Virus record (IMG/VR): IMGVR_UViG_3300049098_000031 | Location: 1-54,990 of that record | DNA: 54,990 nt | From: a virus | Lineage: Duplodnaviria; Caudoviricetes | Strand: one strand, 5' to 3' | Shown here: piece by piece, positions 18,001-26,670 of the stretch | How the letters are laid out: each line of letters starts with the position of its first letter | How positions within the stretch are numbered: the first letter of the stretch is position 1 | The notes under the pieces: generated by a model | What the model saw: the letters and a program-made list of their open reading frames with translations, nothing else | What the model was told of the DNA's origin: nothing | Databases searched by the model: none | Translations under genes and position numbers: made by a program

Positions 18001-21000
18001 GCGTCCTCTATTGCTAACGACATGTGCTTGTACAGCATGTCGCCACGCAGGCCGGAGCCGCCAGATTCTTCGCCACTGAGCATCAACTTCATTGTGCCCA
18101 TGCTGTAATTGATTTTCGACTGGTCAGCGCCATTGTCCTTCATGACGTTGTAGACGTAGCGGAAGATGTTGCGGGCAATCGCATCATTCTCAAATGTGTA
18201 GTATTTGTTTGGGCGGGCATCGAAGGTATTCATCGCCCTGACGTACACGGGAATGACGCCGGGGTCGTACGGGAATCCCTTGTCGATCATGTCGGCAAGG
18301 ATGCCTTCTTCGTACTCTTGCAGCCCCTCAATGGAACGCTGAAGCGAAGCGATCTCGCTATCGAATTCACCAGCCATGCTCTCCGGGAAGTAGTCATCTC
18401 CCATCGATGCGGCGTAGAAGTCGTTGCTACCATCGCGCAGTGACTCAAGATCGCGCAGCTTGATTTGCGCTTCAGAAATCGACTGCGTGGTCATGGCCAT
18501 GTCTCCCGCCATCATCTCCATCTCCACGTAGAAGTCTGGATCGATGTTCTCCTTGCCACCAAGCGCCTCAGTCCACGCACGCATGTAGCCGCCGTACGTT
18601 GCCCTGCGGCCATACTTGGCATCGACAGTAAACGGGTCGACTGAAACGTAGATGCCAGCCCCGTAGTTGCCTGACTTGGATGCATCGAAGACGGCATCGT
18701 CTGCACGCGACCAAGTGATGTTGGGAGACGCATGGAAGAAAGGCGTCGGTTCGTCTTCGCCTGTGAACATGCGAATCTTTTCTTTCATGGTCGGCAGCGA
18801 AGATTCCCACGTACTCTGGAAGCGCCGCACGGCATGGCTCGGTAGCACAGTCGGAGGCTCAATACGTGATACCGACTTCTTCGGATCGACGAACATGTCG
18901 CCGTAGAGTGTCAGCCTGCGGAATGTCTGGCGGATGTCCTTGCGTCCGATCATGCCGTTCAGCAGGTATGCTGCGCCTTCAATGATGCGGTCGAGGATGC
19001 GGCTCAGTGTGCTACGCAGCTCGAGGTCTTCGATGCTGCCGTCAACACGGGCCTTGAATACGTCGCCCTTGGCTACGCGCTCGGCCAGATACTGCGACCA
19101 GTTTTCGACGTACCATTCCTCGGCCTGACGCTCCAGCTTCATGCTCTCCGGCATGTCTCCGTAGCTGCGCTTCGCCATGGTTTTCTTGATCGGGTCGTCT
19201 GCGTCGATGAACGCCTGCCTGATCATCGCCCGCTCTGTATCCGAGATCAGGTTGGTACGCATGAGAACGTGTCCAATCTCGTGCATCAGATCGAACGGAC
19301 TGCTTTCGCCCTTGTTCAGGCCAACCGACAGTCGACGCAGATCGGAACGCAGCATCTTGAACTCATCGCTGGTGAAGTCAGCCATGACGCCAGTTGCGTT
19401 CGGAGACATCTTGGTGCTGCGGGACAGCCTGTAGATGTCGTTCATCGACAACAGGTTGGCTTCGTCAGTTGCGCTACGCGACGTCTTGTTCATCAGGTTG
19501 AACATCCGGTACGCCAAGGTACGCGAAGTATCCTGCACCTCCGGGTTCCGGTGCGTGATGTATGTCAGCGCCTCACGGATCGTGAAGCGAGCATCATTTG
19601 GAATACCCTCTGTGATACCGGACGCTGTGTCTTTCAGCTCGGTTTGGACAGCAATCCGTACGCCTTGTTCTTGCGCAAGGATCGGGCCGATCTTCTCGCC
19701 GCCAGCTTCGCCACGCTTGATGCGAGCGTTATGGTTACGGCGCATGACCTCCCGAATGATGACGGTCGCTTCTTTTCGCTTGCCGCTTTCAAATGCTTCC
19801 GACAGCATCTCCTTGAGCTGCGGCGAACGCGCCTGAAAAACCTGCTTCTTGAATTCCTTCGACGTCTTCGGCACCGTCTCTTCAGGGGTGCCGGTCTTCA
19901 TCTTGTGAACGATCTCAGCCTCGATGGCCTCGACTTCCTTGGTGCCACGATGCTTCTCGTGCAGCTTCAGGAGGCTCTTCATCGAGCGTGTACGCAGGTC
20001 TGGGATTTCGGCACCACTGGACTTTAGCGCCTCCTTACGATTACCAGCCGCCCACTCCTGCACATCTTTCTCTGCCTTGATCTGCTTGCGCTTGCGCTTT
20101 GCTTTCGCCTTGTTGCGGAACTTGCGAGCGATAGCGTTATCAGGCTTGAGCTTTTGCGCACGGCGGCGCATCTCGTCAGGAATTGACAGGATGTCGAGAT
20201 CGTAAACAGCCTCGCCTTCGAGATCACGCAGTCCCTTGGTGTCCATCTCCAGAACATCTCTGACCATATCGTCGAGATGGCCAGTCGTACGCAGATCGTC
20301 AGCGAAGAAATCGGCGAGGTCGTCAGCGATTTCCTCAGTGCGTTCGAGGTTCATGATGGTCATCTCCTGATCACCATCTACTTCCTTCCATGCGTAATCG
20401 ATTCCTACCGTCTCGCCATCGCCATCGATGATCTCTTCGCGAGCGCGTATGTAGTCAGCCTCTCCTTCACCCTTGATGATCTTGCCGATGTCGTTGGCAA
20501 ACTTCTTGATCTGGTTCTTGTTCTTGCGGCTACCAATCGCACGAAAGTTTGCGATTGAGTGCAGCGCACCAACAAGTTCTTTGGCCCGCTCTACGTACGT
20601 GACCGGGTCTGACGCCATGTCGGCCTGCTCCAGCGCCCGGTGCAGGTCTTCAACCAGCATGTAGTTGTTGATGACGTACGGAGACGCGGGTGAGCGCAAC
20701 GTCGGAATCTCTGCTGGCTTCGACGCCTTGATCTTGGCTGCGATCTGCTTGTCAGGAATGATCTTGGCGAACAGGACTTCGAGGTCTGGATCGATGCGCG
20801 TACGGCTTGCGAAGCGGTCGAAGATCGCCTTCACGTAGCGGGTGACACGCTGCCACAACTTCGGATTTTCGAGGCCAACGTCGCCCTTCTGCGTCAGCCA
20901 CGCAACGAACTGGTTGGCAAAGAATTCTTGCGGAGAATCAAATTCGTTTGTGCTTGGCTTGACCATGCCGCGACCCTGCGTGATGCCGACCTCCTTCATA

Positions 21001-23654
21001 ACGGCATCGGCCATATCGCCAGTGTGTTGCGGCAGCCCTGCTGCAACGGCTTCCTCGTCCAGCTTCCGCGCCTTGCCCTTGCCCTTGGCGGCGTAGTAGT
21101 TCTTGCGGATCGTCTGCCAGAAGTCCAGCTTGTCTCTCGATGTCAGGATGTTGAAGTACGCCCAGTGCCCAACCTCGTGAGCCAGCGCCATCGAACGCGG
21201 CGTAAACGATTGGTTGATTGCAGTGCGTACATCGGTGTCCTTCAGCGATGCCAACGTCAGTCGGCTACCCTCCGGCAGCGGATCGGTGTTCCGCAGGATG
21301 ATGCTATTGGCCAACAGGTCGCTTGGGTTCGACGCACTTTGCACCCTGAACCTGTTCTTCCCGCCGCCAATCGTCATGGCAGGAGCAAACTCTGAACTCA
21401 GCCTGTTGATGATGTTCTTCATCGTCGCGACATCTTCTGCCGGGAACGAATCAAACAGCATCTCGATATTGGTTACGGCGTTTTCTTTCGTGTCGACGGA
21501 GCGTTCAATGCCGTTCGGAGCAATATCCTTGAGGTAGATGTAGACGTCGGTCAGCTTGTCGATCATCGCGTTCAAGCTGTTTTCAGTTTGCGGCCAGCTT
21601 GATGACTCCAGCCTCATGGCATAGTCGTGAACGTCGGCGGCAGTCCACGGCATTTCATCGTGGCGCTCGCCAAGGATTTCGAGCATGCGTGCGTCACGTA
21701 CGGGAGTCTTGTGCAGTTCCTCGATTGGCATTGCCCGCAGATGTTCGTTCGGGATTGTTTCCGGCTTTGCCGCAGGGGTTTCTGTGTCTGCGCTACGGAA
21801 TAACCGTGCGTCACGGCGGCCAGAGCGCGTACCAACAGGCACATTGCCGACGTACCATTCGGACATGTCTGCCGAGCCGATCAACGTCTCGACGCCCTTG
21901 CCGTCCTTGAGCTGAGCATTTGTCAGAACACGCATGTCTGCCTTGCCGTCTTCACCAACCTCGGTCGACATCAGTGCCAGCCTGCGGCCTTCCGGTACGG
22001 GAGTAGCGTTTGCTTTCTCGACAGATGCGCGACGCTTCGGCTCCATGGTTTCGATGGCGCTGCGGCTGCGTTCCTGAGCGATCAGCTTTTCCAGCTCATC
22101 CATACGGCCAGCTTTCGCTGCTTCACGCATCTTGGCGGCGAGGGATGCAACGTCCGGGGCCGAGCCTGCTGAGGCTGTTGGTTTTGTGACAGGCTTCTCA
22201 CCACGCGCACGCAGCATGTTGTCGAACTCAACGTATGCCTTGTCTGTGATCGGGTCGTAGTAGCCAGTCTCGCCGCTCTTCAGCGGCTCATCGGCACGGT
22301 CTGCCAAGCGCGTACGCTCGACTGCGGTAAACTCGATTGGATCGACCTTTCTGGATACGCCAGCCTGCGCCCGAGCGACCTCGATGCCCTGTGCCACGCC
22401 ATCTTCGTCGAATCCTTCCAGCCCCCTGTAGAGGCCGCTCAGGCCACGCCCCTGAATGGTGTAGTCGCTGCCCTTGCTGATTCGCGTACCTGACTTCAGG
22501 AAACCCTGTATGCCTGACTTGCCGATGCCAGCCTTGGTCGGGCCGGTTTCGAGCGTGTTCATGGCACGTGCGGTTGCGCCGCCAGCAGACGCTGCGGACG
22601 ACTCCATGGTGCCGTCGTCGCCGATACGCTGGCCGACGCCAGCTCGGGTATTCTTTTCGATCAGGCGTTCGGCCTTGTCGACCTTGTCGGAATCCTTCTT
22701 GATGCGGTCAGCCAGTACCTGAAAGACAGCCTTCGACTCTGCCTGATTGGCGGAGACGCCTTCCTTCTTGAACGCGTACGCCAGTTGCTTGACTCGGCGC
22801 TTCTCGATTTCGGACAGGTCTTGCGCGATGCCCTTGGCAACCGCTTTCATGTCCATCTTCAGCTCGATGCCGTCCGGCGTGTGTACGCCAAGCGCCTCGT
22901 CACGGGCCTTCGCCAGTGTTTCGACGTCCTTCATCATGGCGGCGGTCGCCTCGCTGGAGCTATCGCCAGCTTCCTCGTACGCACGGATGCGTGCTTCAAT
23001 AGCATCGTCGGCAGTCTTCTGGATTATCTCGACTTCCTTGGCCGGACTCTCCATCATTTCACGTACGCGGGCACGCTCTTCTTCTGCCACCTTGATGGCC
23101 TTGCGGATTTCATTAGCGCCAATCTTGCCGTCCTTGCCGGGTTCGACGAACGGCAGAATGTCTTCAGGCATGGTGTCGTCCATGCCTTCGACGGTCTGCT
23201 CGAACTTGTTCAGTGCGCCCTTGCGCCACGGCAGGCCAAGGTAGTCTTCCTTGGTCGCCTGCTGCACGGCTGCGGTTTCTTCCGGCGTGATCTCTTGCTT
23301 GCCAGCGGCGACTTCTACTTCGCGTTGCGATGATGGCGGCGGCATGTCGCCACCAACCTCTTCTTCAGGCATGACCTTGGCAGCCGGAGCTGGAGCTGCG
23401 TCGGTTGTCGGAGCGAAGCGGCCTTCAAAGACAGTGATCGGGTCAACGTACCCACCCTCGTCGGTAACGCGTGTCTCGAAATCCGCGTACTCTGAGCGCA
23501 GGTCATTGAGGAACGATTCGATGGCGCTCTTGTTTGCCTCTTTCGGCTTGAGTCCATCGACCTTCCTGTACTCGGATGCTCTGCGCTGAATCTCTGCCCT
23601 GTCGTTTTGGACGAGTCCAGCCTGCTTCAAACAATCCGTCAATTTGCTCATCAC
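15051..23654 (-). CDS. giant internal virion / ejection polyvalent protein (2867 aa)
   Basis: End of podovirus late region; two zincin-type motifs (AHEVGH..SPQEFFA; MHEIGH..AEEWYV); ART-like motifs (FFHAS, YGAGIYVS, IPVYV, GYDSI). Confidence 0.8.
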   Translation of the reverse strand: MMSKLTDCLKQAGLVQNDRAEIQRRASEYRKVDGLKPKEANKSAIESFLNDLRSEYADFETRVTDEGGYVDPITVFEGRFAPTTDAAPAPAAKVMPEEEVGGDMPPPSSQREVEVAAGKQEITPEETAAVQQATKEDYLGLPWRKGALNKFEQTVEGMDDTMPEDILPFVEPGKDGKIGANEIRKAIKVAEEERARVREMMESPAKEVEIIQKTADDAIEARIRAYEEAGDSSSEATAAMMKDVETLAKARDEALGVHTPDGIELKMDMKAVAKGIAQDLSEIEKRRVKQLAYAFKKEGVSANQAESKAVFQVLADRIKKDSDKVDKAERLIEKNTRAGVGQRIGDDGTMESSAASAGGATARAMNTLETGPTKAGIGKSGIQGFLKSGTRISKGSDYTIQGRGLSGLYRGLEGFDEDGVAQGIEVARAQAGVSRKVDPIEFTAVERTRLADRADEPLKSGETGYYDPITDKAYVEFDNMLRARGEKPVTKPTASAGSAPDVASLAAKMREAAKAGRMDELEKLIAQERSRSAIETMEPKRRASVEKANATPVPEGRRLALMSTEVGEDGKADMRVLTNAQLKDGKGVETLIGSADMSEWYVGNVPVGTRSGRRDARLFRSADTETPAAKPETIPNEHLRAMPIEELHKTPVRDARMLEILGERHDEMPWTAADVHDYAMRLESSSWPQTENSLNAMIDKLTDVYIYLKDIAPNGIERSVDTKENAVTNIEMLFDSFPAEDVATMKNIINRLSSEFAPAMTIGGGKNRFRVQSASNPSDLLANSIILRNTDPLPEGSRLTLASLKDTDVRTAINQSFTPRSMALAHEVGHWAYFNILTSRDKLDFWQTIRKNYYAAKGKGKARKLDEEAVAAGLPQHTGDMADAVMKEVGITQGRGMVKPSTNEFDSPQEFFANQFVAWLTQKGDVGLENPKLWQRVTRYVKAIFDRFASRTRIDPDLEVLFAKIIPDKQIAAKIKASKPAEIPTLRSPASPYVINNYMLVEDLHRALEQADMASDPVTYVERAKELVGALHSIANFRAIGSRKNKNQIKKFANDIGKIIKGEGEADYIRAREEIIDGDGETVGIDYAWKEVDGDQEMTIMNLERTEEIADDLADFFADDLRTTGHLDDMVRDVLEMDTKGLRDLEGEAVYDLDILSIPDEMRRRAQKLKPDNAIARKFRNKAKAKRKRKQIKAEKDVQEWAAGNRKEALKSSGAEIPDLRTRSMKSLLKLHEKHRGTKEVEAIEAEIVHKMKTGTPEETVPKTSKEFKKQVFQARSPQLKEMLSEAFESGKRKEATVIIREVMRRNHNARIKRGEAGGEKIGPILAQEQGVRIAVQTELKDTASGITEGIPNDARFTIREALTYITHRNPEVQDTSRTLAYRMFNLMNKTSRSATDEANLLSMNDIYRLSRSTKMSPNATGVMADFTSDEFKMLRSDLRRLSVGLNKGESSPFDLMHEIGHVLMRTNLISDTERAMIRQAFIDADDPIKKTMAKRSYGDMPESMKLERQAEEWYVENWSQYLAERVAKGDVFKARVDGSIEDLELRSTLSRILDRIIEGAAYLLNGMIGRKDIRQTFRRLTLYGDMFVDPKKSVSRIEPPTVLPSHAVRRFQSTWESSLPTMKEKIRMFTGEDEPTPFFHASPNITWSRADDAVFDASKSGNYGAGIYVSVDPFTVDAKYGRRATYGGYMRAWTEALGGKENIDPDFYVEMEMMAGDMAMTTQSISEAQIKLRDLESLRDGSNDFYAASMGDDYFPESMAGEFDSEIASLQRSIEGLQEYEEGILADMIDKGFPYDPGVIPVYVRAMNTFDARPNKYYTFENDAIARNIFRYVYNVMKDNGADQSKINYSMGTMKLMLSGEESGGSGLRGDMLYKHMSLAIEDAGIEPTTARNMLTKYLGEQGYDSIDTIHYNTVDGYKKAHRTMVLIETMGEDGKPRSPAYSVKHQDAKFFDETDNRLYYSEPLQEPVNASVAKRMINGESLENDVPALLQSLEESGTPKGFVNAARSIFRGRALSERELEDARAASILDRTLGANSARMRKMGMNWLADYVEDFSPSTQHEFASRYMPINRLLMNLPDAPNAMKRWMGRSNPLADMEKQPESHTRIMQALRRGRMSRHYKQLSNEELQVYNVIRDTFDQVHKELSNEGAMVGNIKDYVPQVWNSEAIKGNHDDFIEKLTSYYMAEKPDRTRASAREVAEHVAAKIVGDDGLYVPPPVTHAVGVADNLDFQRLIRLDQHPGMYDVLEPYLQNNLDVIMVKYLDGATKRLHQTKRVGTNMHAYADYMTVGQEGLDGVARLLSSPRVFTKKIKGQIIGAGDDSPYETGEISLRVDMPFSNEFEAKEAAKKVLAAVRGDGGTASARQMLMEMMPPDRTSKTYERRVDAIVNGMRDFELDEGGNPTRMHHDEFKHAEGTMRAIQGKQVNKLSSDKAIHSSRAMRAFNNISLLTFTTLTSIPDTTLPLIRSGSMQDWIRGITKYASDGEFRDMIKQTGVAIENQLHSRMIGLYAADAAGKIGKAQNAFFNATMLTPWTDMWRGISGSIALSMFETQRRKALMAKVDGAPLANQPAAYKYAHRMLKKYGLEDYLENPGKELNPEDVAVSKGMIKFANDTIFSPNPNDIPIVYQTPIGALFWQLKSFPLMMGRLVKDVMIKDVKKFFRTGDPRYMKRPGYLLTMAPAMGAAALGVKDVVQMRGGEDDRSAAFRERSFMKAIGYDEEVHGDWDGYLGWYFEGLGAAGGFGFLAEVIHDVVAQADNGAYGEARVAGTILGPTVGTGFSAMKILGGAKEAGLDTLGWGTSDSNSKERAAAREAVGRVPLVGGVKAARESMVDLMAGEAPKKKSKGGGWGKSFTDGFKGGFDSGFD

Positions 23655-23661
23655 GTTGCTC

Positions 23662-23862
23662 CTAGATCAAGTCGGCCTGTATGCCAGCGATAATGATTGC
23701 GATAACTTCGTCGTCTTCGCGCATGATCTGATCGATGTCCTGCACGAAATCAGGCCCGCCTCCACGGCGTACCTTGACCTCCTTTTTGGTGACGATGATG
23801 TACACCGGGGCGAAGTAATCCCCATCAAAATACGTCTTGGCAAAGTAGCCATTAGGAAACAT
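23662..23862 (-). CDS. small hypothetical protein (66 aa)
   Basis: MFPNGYFAKTYFDGDYF...GGG...REDDEVIAIIIA; overlaps the upstream stop. Confidence 0.65.
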   Translation of the reverse strand: MFPNGYFAKTYFDGDYFAPVYIIVTKKEVKVRRGGGPDFVQDIDQIMREDDEVIAIIIAGIQADLI

Positions 23863-24490
23863 CCAGAGAAATCCCTGTTCTGTTTCCGTTGCCGTCCACG
23901 TTCGCAATGATGCGGTCGAGTGAATCGGCCAAGTCCCTGAAGCGTATCGTCGAGCCGTCTGCTCCGACCACCTTGCCAGCCATTGCCGCCAGCAGGATAC
24001 GCATCACCTCTTGGTGGCTGTACACGCCCTCGATGTTGTTGAGCTGCGAGTACACCTCTGTCAGCTTGGCATCTTGCGCAGCGTCGAGGCCGGAACCGGT
24101 CGATACGGTAATGACCTCCACCTGTGGCGGGTTGTAGTTGATGTCCACGACTGTCGTCGGCGACAGCGGCGTACGGTCAAAGCACGCGAATCCTTCCTGC
24201 CCGTCGTCGGTGATGATTGTTCCGTGTATCGTCAGCTCGTGCGATATGTCGAACGGAATGAGTCTCGCGCCCAAGTTCATGCGCACGTACCGCTCGGTTC
24301 CCTTGCCGCCACCCTTCGGGACGTTGCCAAAGGCAGACATAAAAACGTCGTACTTGCGCAGACCTTCGTCCGTTCTTCGCAATGCACGCATCTCCCTGTA
24401 GATGTCAATCGGGTCGACCTCAGCGCCAACAGTTTCTGCGCTCAGGTAAATGTCTCTGTTCGGCCCATCGATACTCGCGATCAGCGGCAT
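23852..24490 (-). CDS. putative virion structural protein
   Basis: Shares a Y..RR.DE.LR.YD motif with 24804-26357; C-terminal AGKVVG..FRD..RI..VDGNGNR. Confidence 0.65.
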   Translation of the reverse strand: MPLIASIDGPNRDIYLSAETVGAEVDPIDIYREMRALRRTDEGLRKYDVFMSAFGNVPKGGGKGTERYVRMNLGARLIPFDISHELTIHGTIITDDGQEGFACFDRTPLSPTTVVDINYNPPQVEVITVSTGSGLDAAQDAKLTEVYSQLNNIEGVYSHQEVMRILLAAMAGKVVGADGSTIRFRDLADSLDRIIANVDGNGNRTGISLDVS

Positions 24491-24492
24491 AC

Positions 24493-24804
24493 TTATTCCT
24501 CGATAATGACGTAGTTGTTCTCGTCAATTACTCCTGCGTACTGCACGGCCAGCCAGTTGATCACGATCAGTTCCAGTGACTTCGCCAAGTCGCCCACCGT
24601 GAACGTGTCATTGGATATGTCCGTCACAATCGGAAACGCTTGATCTGCAACGACAGACAGGCGATTGTGAATCGTGTCCCAACGATCCACCGTGTTGACC
24701 AATCCATCCTTCTCTTCGACGCGCTGAACCACGAGCCTGATCCATGGCTCGGAGTCCGGCGTTGGCGTCTCGATCAGGATTTGTTGCGCACGCAGCCTGA
24801 TCAT
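24493..24804 (-). CDS. hypothetical protein
   Basis: Coupled to neighbours. Confidence 0.7.
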   Translation of the reverse strand: MIRLRAQQILIETPTPDSEPWIRLVVQRVEEKDGLVNTVDRWDTIHNRLSVVADQAFPIVTDISNDTFTVGDLAKSLELIVINWLAVQYAGVIDENNYVIIEE

Positions 24805-26357
24805 TAGACGTTGGTTTCGATGCCCGGTACGCAGGTAGCGTTGATGGTTGCGCTGGCGTTGGTGATCTGGAAGATCGTCTTCGCCGCCGTCACGCCGCCA
24901 TCGCCTTCACACTCGAAGACCACCCACTTGTTCGTACCAGCGGTTCCGCCCAGCGTGTCGCCGTCGTAGTCGAACTCGAACACGATGTCGTTGCCGGAAC
25001 GGAACGGCGATCCAGAGACGTTGCCCTTGACCGGAGTCGATGCGCTATCCTGCACGGTGATTGCGCCAGCCTCGTTGAAGTCGTCGCCTGCGCCCGGCCC
25101 GGTTTCAAAGAAGGCATGGAACCATGCGTTCGTATCGGCCACGGCGTTCGCGCCAACGGTGACGTAGTTGGTAACGAAGAACGGGTACGTCTTGGTGTCT
25201 CCAGCGTTATCGATAAAGACGACGTTTTGCTTGTCGACTCCGGTAAGGCCCTCGATGAACAGACCCTCGCCAGCGGCGCCAACATCGGCACGCGTGGTTT
25301 CACCAACCAGCGGCTGAATCTTGCCTGAGCCGGTGTAGCGATACCACGTATCTACCTGCTTACCGTTGGTGGTATTGCCTGCGTGCGCATTGATGTCGCC
25401 ATCGACTGTTGCAATTGCATCAAGGTACGCGACGCACTCGGAGAGGCTTGCGCCTGACGGGTTGTTAAGCACCCATGTGAAGTTGCCATCAGTCTCGTTG
25501 AATCCAGTCTCGGATTGAGGGGTATCCAACTCTTCGAGCGTCATGCCAACCCATACGCCAGTTGGCGTCGTCCACACGTCAGCGAACGGGTGATCGGTGG
25601 TATTGGTGGTTGCGTGAGGTGTTTCACCAAGTGCGAATCCGGTCGAGTAACCGTCCATCTCTGTTACACCAGAGTCGGACAGCGTCTTCCGGTCGTAGTT
25701 GTAACCGTAGGTTCTGACCGTCAGCGCCTCGTACGTACGCGTGTCGAACGTGGTGGTGTTAGCATCGACAGCCGCATCACCATAGACCTGAACAGCTTCG
25801 TCGACAGGGCCAGCCTTGTCGTAGTTTGCGGTCGCGCCGTGCAGCGCGAGCTGGTAGTACGGAGTAGATGACGCCTCGATATTACCGAGCGACTTGTTAC
25901 CGTAGTAGATACGACCAATGTCGCCGTTTGCCGCAAGTTCCCGCCAGCCTGAGCCGCGAATCTTGAAGCGGTCGTCGACTGTCAGCGAGGTATTGGAGCC
26001 GTCGGCATCGTCGAACTTGCGTCCGTTGACGAGGTTGTACGCACCGGCGAATTTGAACGAGCCTTCAAAGTAGTAGTCGTACTGTCGCAACGTCTCATCA
26101 AGTCGTCGTTGCTCACGTTCAAACGCGTACAGAGCTTCCAGCTTGACGCCATCCTGCTCTGTTAGCGGATTGGAATCGGTGCCGGTTCCGCCGCGCGAGG
26201 ACATGTCAATCGTCGGCGCTTCTTCAGCCGTGATGATTTCGATGCGCCCATTGGTTACGTCGAAAAAGATATTACCATCAGGCGTACCGGAGCGGCCCTG
26301 AGAGGACTGCACCAATCCGTTAATGGTGTCGAAGTTGGTGAGGTCAATCGTCGCCAT
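24804..26357 (-). CDS. putative virion structural protein (517 aa, G/T/D-rich)
   Basis: Beta-rich composition, late-region position. Confidence 0.65.
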   Translation of the reverse strand: MATIDLTNFDTINGLVQSSQGRSGTPDGNIFFDVTNGRIEIITAEEAPTIDMSSRGGTGTDSNPLTEQDGVKLEALYAFEREQRRLDETLRQYDYYFEGSFKFAGAYNLVNGRKFDDADGSNTSLTVDDRFKIRGSGWRELAANGDIGRIYYGNKSLGNIEASSTPYYQLALHGATANYDKAGPVDEAVQVYGDAAVDANTTTFDTRTYEALTVRTYGYNYDRKTLSDSGVTEMDGYSTGFALGETPHATTNTTDHPFADVWTTPTGVWVGMTLEELDTPQSETGFNETDGNFTWVLNNPSGASLSECVAYLDAIATVDGDINAHAGNTTNGKQVDTWYRYTGSGKIQPLVGETTRADVGAAGEGLFIEGLTGVDKQNVVFIDNAGDTKTYPFFVTNYVTVGANAVADTNAWFHAFFETGPGAGDDFNEAGAITVQDSASTPVKGNVSGSPFRSGNDIVFEFDYDGDTLGGTAGTNKWVVFECEGDGGVTAAKTIFQITNASATINATCVPGIETNV

Positions 26358-26670
26358 CTGTCTTACCCTTCGTGATTAGTTGATCAAGTTTTGATGCCAG
26401 CATGCTGTTGTGTTCTTCGAGCTGGCGAATGTGCGCAAGCAATTCTTCATTACGCTGCGATACCGCGCCAATCAATGCAGACTTCGCAGTATTGTAGCCC
26501 TCATCGTACGCGAGCTTTTCAAAATGCTGCGCGAACTGCATGACGCCAATCATGTCAGCCGGTACGGCATGCTTGAGTGGCATGTCAAAGAGATGTTCGC
26601 CAGCAGGCGTGGTGACACGCCAAATCTTGTCTTCCTCAGTCCATGTGATCTGAGCGGTTGATAGTCTCAT
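26344..26670 (-). CDS. hypothetical protein with C-terminal coiled coil
   Basis: Coupled to neighbours. Confidence 0.7.
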   Translation of the reverse strand: MRLSTAQITWTEEDKIWRVTTPAGEHLFDMPLKHAVPADMIGVMQFAQHFEKLAYDEGYNTAKSALIGAVSQRNEELLAHIRQLEEHNSMLASKLDQLITKGKTDGDD

